Positions 49,487-57,676 of a DNA stretch of 64,000 bases are shown piece by piece (the first letter of the stretch is position 1; every line of letters starts with the position of its first letter). The notes under the pieces were generated by a model that was not told where the DNA came from, did not search any database, and saw nothing but the letters and a program-made list of their open reading frames with translations. This DNA comes from an uncultured Acidobacteriota bacterium (GTDB lineage: Bacteria; Acidobacteriota; Thermoanaerobaculia; UBA5066; DATFVB01). The stretch is taken from NCBI GenBank assembly GCA_963813155.1, contig CAWEYG010000002.1, forward strand, positions 544,001 through 608,000, given 5' to 3'. A program made the translations under genes and the position numbers.

Positions 49487-49504
49487 GGGCTCGCTCGACC
49501 CCGA

Positions 49505-50362
49505 TTAGACGCGGTCGAGCAGGACCATTCCCCCCATGCGCCGCATCTCCTCGCGCTTCGCCGCGGGCTGGAGCCTTCCGAGCAGCTTGAAGATCCACCC
49601 CATTTTCATCGTCCGACGCAGGCGAAACGCTTCCTCGATCGTCGAGCGGAACTCGCGCTCTTTCCAGCCGTGCGGCTCGAAGAACTTCGTCCCCTCGGCC
49701 GGAGCGAACTTGAACGGCGCGTTCGCGGAGGAGACGTGCTTGCCGACCTTCCGGTCGAGCATTTTTTTCAAGCGTGGCGACGCAATGTCGATCAACCACT
49801 GGCGCATCGCCGGGGGCGAGTGGAGGTCGTCCGCGAACGCGCCGACCTGCTCCGGAGCAAGGTACGCGAGCAGGCCCTCCGTCACCGTGAGGACGCACTT
49901 GCTCCCCTGCGCCGCGCGCACGAACAGGCCGCGGCGCGCGGCCGTGTCGGTCAGGTCCGCCGCGACCCTCTCGAACCGGCAGACGGGAGTGTCGCCGGCG
50001 AGCTTCTCGGTCTTGTAGGCGAGAATGTCCGGAAGGTCCGCCTCGATCCACCGCAGCGTCTTCGGCAAGGGCAGGCGGTAGGGACGCGTGTCGAGGCCGG
50101 CCGCAAGGTTGAGGACGCAGTCGACGCCCTCCCGCTCGATCGACCGGAGGATGATCTCGTCCATCACGGCCGTTCGGACGATCATCGGCCACGCCAGGCC
50201 GCCGACTTTCATCTTCCGGACAATCGCCTCCCCCCGGTCGCCGACGAGCTTTTTCGCGAGGGGGTCGCGGAAGATCGCGTCGGGGCGCTCGGTCTCCATG
50301 ACCCGGTACTGGGCGACCCAGAGCGCCGTGTCGGAAATGTTGCGGAGGCCGCCGTTTTCCAT
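49505..50362 (-). CDS. LCM-type SAM-dependent methyltransferase
   Basis: SDTALWVAQYR, LAAGLDTRPYRL, EGLLAYL. Confidence 0.9.
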   Translation of the reverse strand: MENGGLRNISDTALWVAQYRVMETERPDAIFRDPLAKKLVGDRGEAIVRKMKVGGLAWPMIVRTAVMDEIILRSIEREGVDCVLNLAAGLDTRPYRLPLPKTLRWIEADLPDILAYKTEKLAGDTPVCRFERVAADLTDTAARRGLFVRAAQGSKCVLTVTEGLLAYLAPEQVGAFADDLHSPPAMRQWLIDIASPRLKKMLDRKVGKHVSSANAPFKFAPAEGTKFFEPHGWKEREFRSTIEEAFRLRRTMKMGWIFKLLGRLQPAAKREEMRRMGGMVLLDRV

Positions 50363-50421
50363 GGATTTCTTGGAATCTTATCCGATTCGGCATAGGATCG
50401 AGGTCCAACAGGGGAAAAACG

Positions 50422-51924
50422 ATTCGAGACTTCGACACGGCCCCCGAGGCCGCCGCCGGGATATTCGAGAGCGAGGAGACGTTTCGCGCGCTCGTCGAGA
50501 CGAGCGCCGCCGCCGTCGTGCTGTTCGACGCGGAAGGAAAGATCCTCTACGCGACACCCGCGACCTCGAAACTCTGCGGCCTGGAGTTCCGGGAAATTCC
50601 CGGCCACCGCGTGACGGAGTTCCTCGAGCCCGCCGACGCCGACGCCGTGAAGGACCTCTTCGAGGAATTTCGCTCCCGGGGCCGCCTCGCGAAAGAAATG
50701 GAGCTTCGCTGCTGCGGGGCCGACGGAACACGCAAGGTTCTCAACTCGGTGTGGGCGAACCGCCTGAAAGATCCCGCGATCTCCGCGATCGTCGCGACGT
50801 TCCGCGACGTGACGGAGTACCGCCGCGGCCTCGCGCTGCAGTCGGCGCTCTACCGCATCGCCGCGAAGGCCAGCTCGGTGGAGGAAATGAGCGAGTTCTA
50901 CGCGTCGATCCACGCGATCGTCGGCGAGCTTCTCGACGCGAAGAACTTCTACATCTCGCTGTACGACCCGGCCGCGGACCTCCTGACGTTTCCGTATTTC
51001 GTCGACGAAAGCGACGAGTCTCCCGCGCCGATGCGGCCCGGCCGGAGCCTCACGGCGCTCGTGCTGCGGAGCGGCCAGCCGCTCTTCGTGACCGACGAAA
51101 CGTTCTACGAGATGGCGTCCCGCGGCGAGGTCGACCTCGTCGGCGCAGCGTCGGCGGACTGGCTCGGGGTTCCGCTCAAGATCGGCGGCAAGACGATCGG
51201 GGTGCTCGCCGTGCAGAGCTACGTGCCGACGACTCGCTACGTCGAGTCGGAAAAGGCCGTGCTCACGTTCGTTTCCCAGCACGTCGCCGCGGCCCTCGAG
51301 CACAAGCGCGCGATCGAGGCGCTGCGGGCCTCCGAGGAGCGGTACCGGCAGCTTTCGGAACGAAACCAGTACCTGGCCTTCCACGACGCGCTCACGGGCC
51401 TTCCCAACCGCGCGCTCCTCGCGGACCGCCTCACGCTCGCCCTTGCCCGCTGTCGGCGGGAAAAGACGGGCCTCGGCGTGCTCTTCGTCGATCTCGACCG
51501 TTTCAAGGACGTCAACGATTTTCTCGGCCACCACACGGGCGACCGGCTGCTCGAGACCGTCGCGCGGCGGCTCAAGTCGTGCGTGCGCGACGAGGACACG
51601 ATCGCCCGTGTCGGAGGCGACGAGTTCGTTCTCGTGTTGAACCGGATCTCTTCCGAAACCGACGCGCGCATCGTGTCGGAGAAGATCCTCAAGGCGATCG
51701 CGGAGCCGATCGAGATCGCCGGCGAACCGTTGCGAGTGAGCGCGAGCATCGGCCTGAGCCTTTTTCCTTATCACGGCGCCGAACCGGAGGATCTCGTGCG
51801 CCGGGCCGACGCCGCGATGTACGCCGTCAAAAGCTCCGGACGCAATGGCTTTCGAGTCGCTCCGCCGCGGCAGCTCGACGGCCGCGACTTCGCGGCCGCG
51901 GAGGGGAAAGAACCATGGCGATGA
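50422..51924 (+). CDS. PAS-GAF-GGDEF diguanylate cyclase; probable ATT start at 50422 (first canonical start 50518)
   Basis: HDALTGLPNR, DLDRFKDVND, GGDEF. Confidence 0.92.
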   Translation: MRDFDTAPEAAAGIFESEETFRALVETSAAAVVLFDAEGKILYATPATSKLCGLEFREIPGHRVTEFLEPADADAVKDLFEEFRSRGRLAKEMELRCCGADGTRKVLNSVWANRLKDPAISAIVATFRDVTEYRRGLALQSALYRIAAKASSVEEMSEFYASIHAIVGELLDAKNFYISLYDPAADLLTFPYFVDESDESPAPMRPGRSLTALVLRSGQPLFVTDETFYEMASRGEVDLVGAASADWLGVPLKIGGKTIGVLAVQSYVPTTRYVESEKAVLTFVSQHVAAALEHKRAIEALRASEERYRQLSERNQYLAFHDALTGLPNRALLADRLTLALARCRREKTGLGVLFVDLDRFKDVNDFLGHHTGDRLLETVARRLKSCVRDEDTIARVGGDEFVLVLNRISSETDARIVSEKILKAIAEPIEIAGEPLRVSASIGLSLFPYHGAEPEDLVRRADAAMYAVKSSGRNGFRVAPPRQLDGRDFAAAEGKEPWR

Positions 51925-52406
51925 TCGAGCCGATCGTGGACGAATTCCTTCGCGAAGCGGAAACGACGAAGCGCGTTCTCGCGCGCGTGCCGACGGCCCG
52001 GCTCGCCTGGAAGCCGCACGAGAAGTCGCGCTCTCTCGGCGAGCTGGCCTGGCACGTGGCCTCGATCCCGCGGCGCGTGTCGGCAATGGCGCTGCTGGAA
52101 GACGCCGATGTGATGGCCCACAAGCAGCCGCCGCTGCCGGAAACGGCCGAAGCGATGCTCGAGGCCTTCACCGCGGGAATTCCCGAGACGAAAGAGAACC
52201 TCCTTAAGCTCGGCGACGAGGACCTCCGGAAGACGATTCACTTTCACCGGGGCGAGGTCACGATGGCCCGCCTTCCGAAAATCGGATTTCTGCGGGCCGT
52301 CATGCTGAACCACTGGTATCACCACCGCGGACAGCTCTCGATCTACCTGCGGCTGCTCGACGTGCCGGTGCCTTCGATCTACGGCCCGAGCGCCGACGAA
52401 AGCTAG
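51915..52406 (+). CDS. DinB/YfiT family protein
   Basis: WKPHEKSRSLGELAWH, HWYHHRGQL..YLR...VPSIYGPSADE. Confidence 0.92.
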   Translation: MAMIEPIVDEFLREAETTKRVLARVPTARLAWKPHEKSRSLGELAWHVASIPRRVSAMALLEDADVMAHKQPPLPETAEAMLEAFTAGIPETKENLLKLGDEDLRKTIHFHRGEVTMARLPKIGFLRAVMLNHWYHHRGQLSIYLRLLDVPVPSIYGPSADES

Positions 52407-52446
52407 GTAGCCCGCGCGGCCCCAGCGAGCCCCAAAACCCGGGGGC

Positions 52447-52475
52447 TTGCATTCCCCCACGACATTTGCTATTCT
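52447..52475 (+). promoter_or_regulatory. sigma70 promoter of RRM gene 2
   Basis: TTGCAT-N17-TATTCT with extended TG. Confidence 0.75.
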
Positions 52476-52489
52476 TAAGGCTCTTCGAA

Positions 52490-52535
52490 TCGCTCGCCTT
52501 TTTCAGCTCGCCTGTAGAATTCCGACCGATCTAAG
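52490..52535 (+). ncRNA. Candidate cis-regulatory leader motif, copy B
   Basis: TCGCTCGCCTTTTTCAGCTCGCCTGTAGAATTCCGACCGATCTAAG, 14 nt downstream of -10. Confidence 0.6.
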
Positions 52536-52631
52536 AAGAAACGTTGGGATGTTTTTGCTGCGACCCGCCCTACGTAAATTGACAAGCGGCAAGGATTCGC
52601 CGGATTTTCCGGCACAAAGGAAGGTACCCAA

Positions 52632-52937
52632 ATGAAACTGTACGTCGGCAACCTGAGCTACGACACGACCGAAGACCAGGTGAAGGACCTCTTCGCCGGT
52701 TACGGCACGCCCGATTCGGTCCGTCTCATCACGGACCGCGACACCGGCCGCGCCAAGGGATTCGGCTTCGTCGAGTTCTCCAACGACCAGGAAGCGCGCG
52801 CCGCGATCGCCGGCCTCAACGGCCAGGACATGAACGGCCGCCCGCTGACGGTCAACGAGGCGCGTCCGCAGGAGCCCCGCACCGGCGGCGGCAATCGCGG
52901 AGGCTACTCCCGCGGCGGCGGCTCCAACCGCTACTGA
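52632..52937 (+). CDS. RRM-domain RNA-binding protein 2 with Gly-rich tail
   Basis: LYVGNL, KGFGFVEF, LTVNEARP, RGGYSRGGG. Confidence 0.96.
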   Translation: MKLYVGNLSYDTTEDQVKDLFAGYGTPDSVRLITDRDTGRAKGFGFVEFSNDQEARAAIAGLNGQDMNGRPLTVNEARPQEPRTGGGNRGGYSRGGGSNRY

Positions 52938-52962
52938 GGAATCCCTCCCACGAGTGGATTAT

Positions 52963-52992
52963 CCCGGGCCGGAAACGGCCCGGGTTTTTTTT
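52963..52992 (+). terminator. Rho-independent terminator
   Basis: CCCGGGCCG-GAAA-CGGCCCGGG then T8. Confidence 0.9.
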
Positions 52993-53075
52993 GGACTCAT
53001 CTCGACCCGCCTTGAGCTCGAAAACTCCGTAACCTCCGGCGCCGGGCCCCGTCATAAGGGGACAGGAGGCCCGGC

Positions 53076-53447
53076 ATGGAACGCAACAGACCCCGACACA
53101 AGAGATTGATCGCCGCGCTGCTGATCGGGGCCGCCGCGCTCACCGCCTCCGGGCAAACCGGCGTCACCAATTTGGGACGCTCCGCTTCCTGCAGGGCCGA
53201 GTCTCTCCTCCAGGATCTCCGCAACCTCGGAGGCTACGAAATTCTGTTCGGAACGGTCCTCACGAAAATGGACCCGGGTGTTCGGCGCTCCGCGCTGCTC
53301 GCGCTCGCCGGGCCGAGCCAGTGTCCGATCGCGGCTGCGGCGAGCCGCGCCGGCCGGCAGACGCGTGCCCCGCGCTCGCCCCGTCCCGCCGCGCTCGCCC
53401 CCGCGACGCGCCGGCCCGCGTGCCCGGCGGGCGGATCACTCGTCTAA
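53076..53447 (+). CDS. Small secreted hypothetical protein
   Basis: AGGAGG RBS; signal-like N-terminus. Confidence 0.5.
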   Translation: MERNRPRHKRLIAALLIGAAALTASGQTGVTNLGRSASCRAESLLQDLRNLGGYEILFGTVLTKMDPGVRRSALLALAGPSQCPIAAAASRAGRQTRAPRSPRPAALAPATRRPACPAGGSLV

Positions 53448-53479
53448 GAGAGAACCGGACGAAAGCCCCGGGAGCTGAC

Positions 53480-55543
53480 CTAGCTGCCGATCCCCCACTC
53501 GGAAAGGAGAAACGCCTGTTCGAACGCGATTTCGCGCAGGCGGTCGTATCGCCCGGAGGAGCCGCCGTGGCCGGCGGCCATGTTCGTCCGGAGCAGCAGG
53601 ACGCCGCCGCCGGTCTTCATCGCCCGCAGCTTCGCGGCGAGCTTGGCGGGCTCCCAGAACGGGACCTGGCTGTCGTGGAGCGAGGAATTCAGCAGAATCG
53701 CAGGATACGTTCGGGGGGCGACGTTGTCGTAGGGAGAGTATTCGCGCATGCAGCGGTACTCGCTTTCGACGTTCGGGTTTCCCCACTCCTCGTATTCGCC
53801 GACGGTCAGCGGCAGGGAAGCGTCGAGCATGGTGTTGATCACGTCGACGAACGGAACCGTCGCGACCGCGGCGCGGAACAGATCCGGCCTCAGGTTCACG
53901 GCCGCTCCAACGAGCAGCCCTCCGGCGCTCCGGCCTTCGATCGCAAGCCGGCCGGGCGAAGTCCATCCGCGGGCGATCAGGTCCTCGGCGGCCGCGATGA
54001 AGTCGGTGAACGTGTTCATCTTCTTGCCCATGCGGCCCTCGTCGTGCCAGGCCTTGCCGAGCTCGCCGCCCCCGCGAACGTGGGCGACCGCGAAGACGAC
54101 GCCGCGGTCGAGCAGGCACAGGCGATTCGAGTTGAACGCGACGTCGACCGTCAGGCCGTAGGACCCGTAGCCGTACAACAGCATCGGGGCCGAACCGTCG
54201 AGCGGTATGCCTTTGCGCGCGACGAGCGAGATCGGGATCTTCACACCGTCGGAAGCGACCGCTTCGAACCGCTCCGACCGGTAGAGCGAGGCGTCGTAGC
54301 CGGGCACTTCCGTCCTTTTGCGGAGGATCGACTCGCCGCTCGCGACGTCGTAATCGAACACGGAGGACGGCGTGAGAAACGACTGGTAGTTGTAGCGGAG
54401 ATGGAGCGCGCCGTAGTCGCGGTTGGAGGTCGGGAAGGCGTCGTAAGCCGGCTCGGGAAACTCGATCCGCCGCGACCGGCCCGACGGCAGCTCCGTGACC
54501 CGGATCCGGGGCAGGCCCGCTTCGCGCTCCGACAGCGCGAGGAAACTGGAAAAACAGTCGACGCCCTCGACCATGACGCTCTCCCGGTGGGGAACGATCT
54601 CAGTCCAGTTCTCGCGGCGCGGGTCCGCGGCCGGCGCCGTGACGACCCGGAAGTTGCGCCCTTCGTCGTTCGTTCGGACGTAGAAGAGCCCTTCCCGCTC
54701 GTCGACGTCGTACTCGACGTCCGGCTCCCGCGCCGCAATGATCCTCCAGGCGCCGGCGGGCTCCCCCGCGGGAAGGAACCGGCTTTCCGTCGTCGTGTGG
54801 CTCGCGCAGCGAAGAAGGAGGTATTTCCCGCTGCGGGTCAGGCCGACTTCGACGTCGAAACGCTCGTCAGTTTCCTCGTGCACGAGCTCGTCGCGGCCCG
54901 TCTCCCCGAGCCGGTGGCGGAAGACGCGGAAGGAACGCTTCGCTTCGTTTTCGACGGAGTAGAACAGGGTGCGATTGTCGGCGCCCCACGCGGCCGAGGT
55001 GGCCTTCTCGACACGCTCGGCGAGGTCTTCGCCCGTGTCGAGGTTCCGGACGCGAAGCGTGTATTCCCGATAGCCCGTCTCGTCGAGCGAATACGCGAGC
55101 AGGCGGTCGTTCGGGCTCACGCAGTATTCGCCGAGCGCGAGGAACTTCTTCCCCCGGGCGAGATCGTCGAGGTCGAGCGTGACTTCCTCCGGCGCGGCGA
55201 GCGATCCCCTGCGCCGGCAATAGCGCGGATATTGCTTTCCCTCCTCTGTTCGGGAGTAATGGAAGTATCCGCCCTCGCGGTACGGGACCGAGAGGTCCGT
55301 CTCTTTCCAGTGGCTCCGCATTTCGCGGTAGAGAGCTTCCTGGAGAGGCTCCGTCGCTCTCATCACGGCAGCGGCGTAGGTATTTTCGGCTTCGAGGTAG
55401 GCGAAGACCTCGGGGTCGTTCTTTTCCCGGAGCCAGAAGTAGTCGTCGACGCGCGTTTCGCCGTGGAGACGGAGCGTTCGCGGAGCTTTTCTGGCTACCG
55501 GCGGAGTTGCGGCGGATGAATCGAGCAAGATGGTCCCTTTCAC
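53480..55543 (-). CDS. ptrB: Oligopeptidase B (S9A)
   Basis: DDYFWLR, YGYGSYG, HVRGGGELG, GRSAGG, PFVDV, EWGNP, AGHGG. Confidence 0.95.
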   Translation of the reverse strand: MKGTILLDSSAATPPVARKAPRTLRLHGETRVDDYFWLREKNDPEVFAYLEAENTYAAAVMRATEPLQEALYREMRSHWKETDLSVPYREGGYFHYSRTEEGKQYPRYCRRRGSLAAPEEVTLDLDDLARGKKFLALGEYCVSPNDRLLAYSLDETGYREYTLRVRNLDTGEDLAERVEKATSAAWGADNRTLFYSVENEAKRSFRVFRHRLGETGRDELVHEETDERFDVEVGLTRSGKYLLLRCASHTTTESRFLPAGEPAGAWRIIAAREPDVEYDVDEREGLFYVRTNDEGRNFRVVTAPAADPRRENWTEIVPHRESVMVEGVDCFSSFLALSEREAGLPRIRVTELPSGRSRRIEFPEPAYDAFPTSNRDYGALHLRYNYQSFLTPSSVFDYDVASGESILRKRTEVPGYDASLYRSERFEAVASDGVKIPISLVARKGIPLDGSAPMLLYGYGSYGLTVDVAFNSNRLCLLDRGVVFAVAHVRGGGELGKAWHDEGRMGKKMNTFTDFIAAAEDLIARGWTSPGRLAIEGRSAGGLLVGAAVNLRPDLFRAAVATVPFVDVINTMLDASLPLTVGEYEEWGNPNVESEYRCMREYSPYDNVAPRTYPAILLNSSLHDSQVPFWEPAKLAAKLRAMKTGGGVLLLRTNMAAGHGGSSGRYDRLREIAFEQAFLLSEWGIGS

Positions 55544-55938
55544 GCGAGAGACGCGATCTTATCCGAGAGGAATTCGTCGTCGGGAAACGCCACGAACTTC
55601 AGGTAACCCTAACAAACGGAATGGAGTGATCCTGTGGGAAAAGATGGCATTGCGATTGCGTGATTGCGGGAGAGGCCACCGCCTGCTCCAGTTCCGAAAT
55701 AACAAACTGAAAACACAGAGCTTGTCGAACAGCACATGAATGAGTGCAAGTTGATCGAGAGGGCCGTTTTTTCGGTGTTTTCTGATGATTTCCGCATGGA
55801 TTTCCGAAGAGATTTCCGAAACCCTCGCGGAAAACTTCGGCTCCGTGTGCTGGCGGGTCGCGCGCGCGAGCCGCCGTCGACGCCCGATCGGAGCTGGAAC
55901 GCGAATTGCCTCTAGAATTTCCGTGATGCGACACGACC

Positions 55939-56406
55939 ATGCCTGAGGCGAAAGAGCGCGGAGCGAGCTCGAGCGTCGTCGTCGCGTGCGGCGAGTGCGG
56001 AAAAAAGAACCGCGTTCCTTTCTCACACCTCGCCGACACGGGACGCTGCGGCGCGTGCCGCTTTCCCCTGCCGCCGCGTTCCGAGCCGATCGAAGTCGGA
56101 CCGGCGGAGTTCGACGAGATCATCCTGAACTCCCGCGTTCCCGTACTCGTGGACTTCTGGGCGGCCTGGTGCGCGCCCTGCCGGATGGCGGCGCCCGAAG
56201 TCGCGAAGACGGCGCAGGAAATGGCCGGGCGCGCGATCGTCCTCAAGGTCGATACCGAGGAGCACCCGCGCGTGGCGGCCCGCTACGGCGTCCAGGGAAT
56301 TCCGAACTTCCTCGTCCTGAAGTCGGGACTCGTCCTGCGCCAGCAGGCGGGCCTGGTGCCGAGCGCGACGATGAATGCGTGGCTCGCGGCGGCAGCAGCG
56401 GGATGA
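55939..56406 (+). CDS. trxC: Thioredoxin 2 (zinc-finger TrxC type)
   Basis: CGECGKKNRV...CGAC; DFWAAWCAPC. Confidence 0.88.
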   Translation: MPEAKERGASSSVVVACGECGKKNRVPFSHLADTGRCGACRFPLPPRSEPIEVGPAEFDEIILNSRVPVLVDFWAAWCAPCRMAAPEVAKTAQEMAGRAIVLKVDTEEHPRVAARYGVQGIPNFLVLKSGLVLRQQAGLVPSATMNAWLAAAAAG

Positions 56407-56447
56407 GGGAACAGCGTTAGAATCGGAAGAATCTCCCGGGAGGAAAC

Positions 56448-56807
56448 ATGAAGCCAGGCCGACTGATCGCCCTTCTCGTGCTCGCCGCTGCGGCGATCTG
56501 GATCTGGAGAAATCCGGGAGAGCTCAAGAAGCTCGCGCCGGGAAACGCCGCGCCATCCCCGAAGGCCTCGGAGCCGCAGCCGAATTCGCAGCTCAACGAG
56601 GCGGCGCGGGAAGCCGAAAAGTCCTCTGGCGGCGGCGTGACGGAAAACATGACCCCCGAACAGGTGCGCGGGCTCCTCGGAAGCCCCGACGAGGTGGAGA
56701 GCTACACGTCGGACGCGGGCAAGCCGGGCGAAAAATGGACTTACCGGCAGGCGCACCGCATGGTCGTCTTCGAAAACGGGATCGCCATTTCGGTGCAGCC
56801 GCTGTAA
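56448..56807 (+). CDS. Membrane-anchored SmpA/OmlA-like small protein
   Basis: MTPEQVRGLLGSPD...EKWTY...VVFENG. Confidence 0.7.
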   Translation: MKPGRLIALLVLAAAAIWIWRNPGELKKLAPGNAAPSPKASEPQPNSQLNEAAREAEKSSGGGVTENMTPEQVRGLLGSPDEVESYTSDAGKPGEKWTYRQAHRMVVFENGIAISVQPL

Positions 56808-56831
56808 ATTTCCCTTCCTCACCCCTCCGAA

Positions 56832-56847
56832 TGGCACAGCACGTGCT
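56832..56847 (+). promoter_or_regulatory. sigma54 promoter
   Basis: TGGCACAGCACGTGCT. Confidence 0.6.
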
Positions 56848-56878
56848 GGTGATAGCTCCCGGAAGGGAGCATCACGAC

Positions 56879-57667
56879 ATGGAAACAGCAGTGGGAATCT
56901 TTTCGACCCAGAGAGACGCCCGGCGCGCGGCCGAACGCCTGATTGCCGCCGGAACTCCCGCGGAGCGCATCAACATCCTCACGCCCGGAGAATGGAAAGG
57001 AGAAATCGGGCACGTGCCCTTGAGCGATACCGAACAGCCGGGGACGGCGGAAGCGATCGGCGGAGTGGTGGGCGGAGCCGCGGGGGCGTCGGCCGGATAC
57101 GCGCTCGGCCCGCTCGTGGCCGGGCTGTTCGTGCCCGGAATCGGAGCCGTCGCCGCGATCGGTCTCGCCGGAGCGGCGCTGCTCGGGATCGGGGGCGCGA
57201 TCGGGGGCGCCGCCGGAGGCAAAGCGATCGAGAACTCGTTGTCCGACGGTCTGCCTCACGACGAGATTTTTCTCTACGAAGAGGCGCTGCGGCGTGGCCG
57301 GTCCGTTGTGATCGCGATGCCGGACGACGACGACGAAACGGAGAGAGCGCGCCGGATCCTCGACGAATCGGGGGCCGTCTCGATCGACGCCGCCCGCGAG
57401 GAGTGGTGGGTCGGCCTGCGCGACGTCGCCCGTTCCGAATTCCAGGGCGAGAACGACGAATTCCCCGTCTTCGAGAAGATGTACCGCTGCGGTTTCGAAG
57501 CGGCGCAGCGCCTCGACTTCCGCGGGAAGAGCTTCGACGAGGCGAAGGAAGGCCTTCGTCGCAAGTATCTCGACTCCTGGGAGAACGCGGCGTTCCGGCG
57601 AGGATTCGAGCGCGCGCAGCAGATGCTGCGGGAACGGCGCGGCGCCCCGGCAGCCTCGAGCCGTTAA
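56879..57667 (+). CDS. General stress protein-like (YflT-type with glycine zipper)
   Basis: VGIF...ARRAAERL; GGVVGGAAG...VPGIG; YEEALRRG. Confidence 0.78.
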   Translation: METAVGIFSTQRDARRAAERLIAAGTPAERINILTPGEWKGEIGHVPLSDTEQPGTAEAIGGVVGGAAGASAGYALGPLVAGLFVPGIGAVAAIGLAGAALLGIGGAIGGAAGGKAIENSLSDGLPHDEIFLYEEALRRGRSVVIAMPDDDDETERARRILDESGAVSIDAAREEWWVGLRDVARSEFQGENDEFPVFEKMYRCGFEAAQRLDFRGKSFDEAKEGLRRKYLDSWENAAFRRGFERAQQMLRERRGAPAASSR

Positions 57668-57676
57668 TCCGGGCCG

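Noticed and set aside
55544-55938. Replication origin
   Set aside because: AT-rich, but no good TTATCCACA boxes and no dnaA, dnaN or rep gene adjacent.
56855-56873. CCCGGAAGGGAGCA resembling SRP RNA helix 8
   Set aside because: Lacks the upstream CAGG and the long SRP stem; it is a short hairpin over an RBS.
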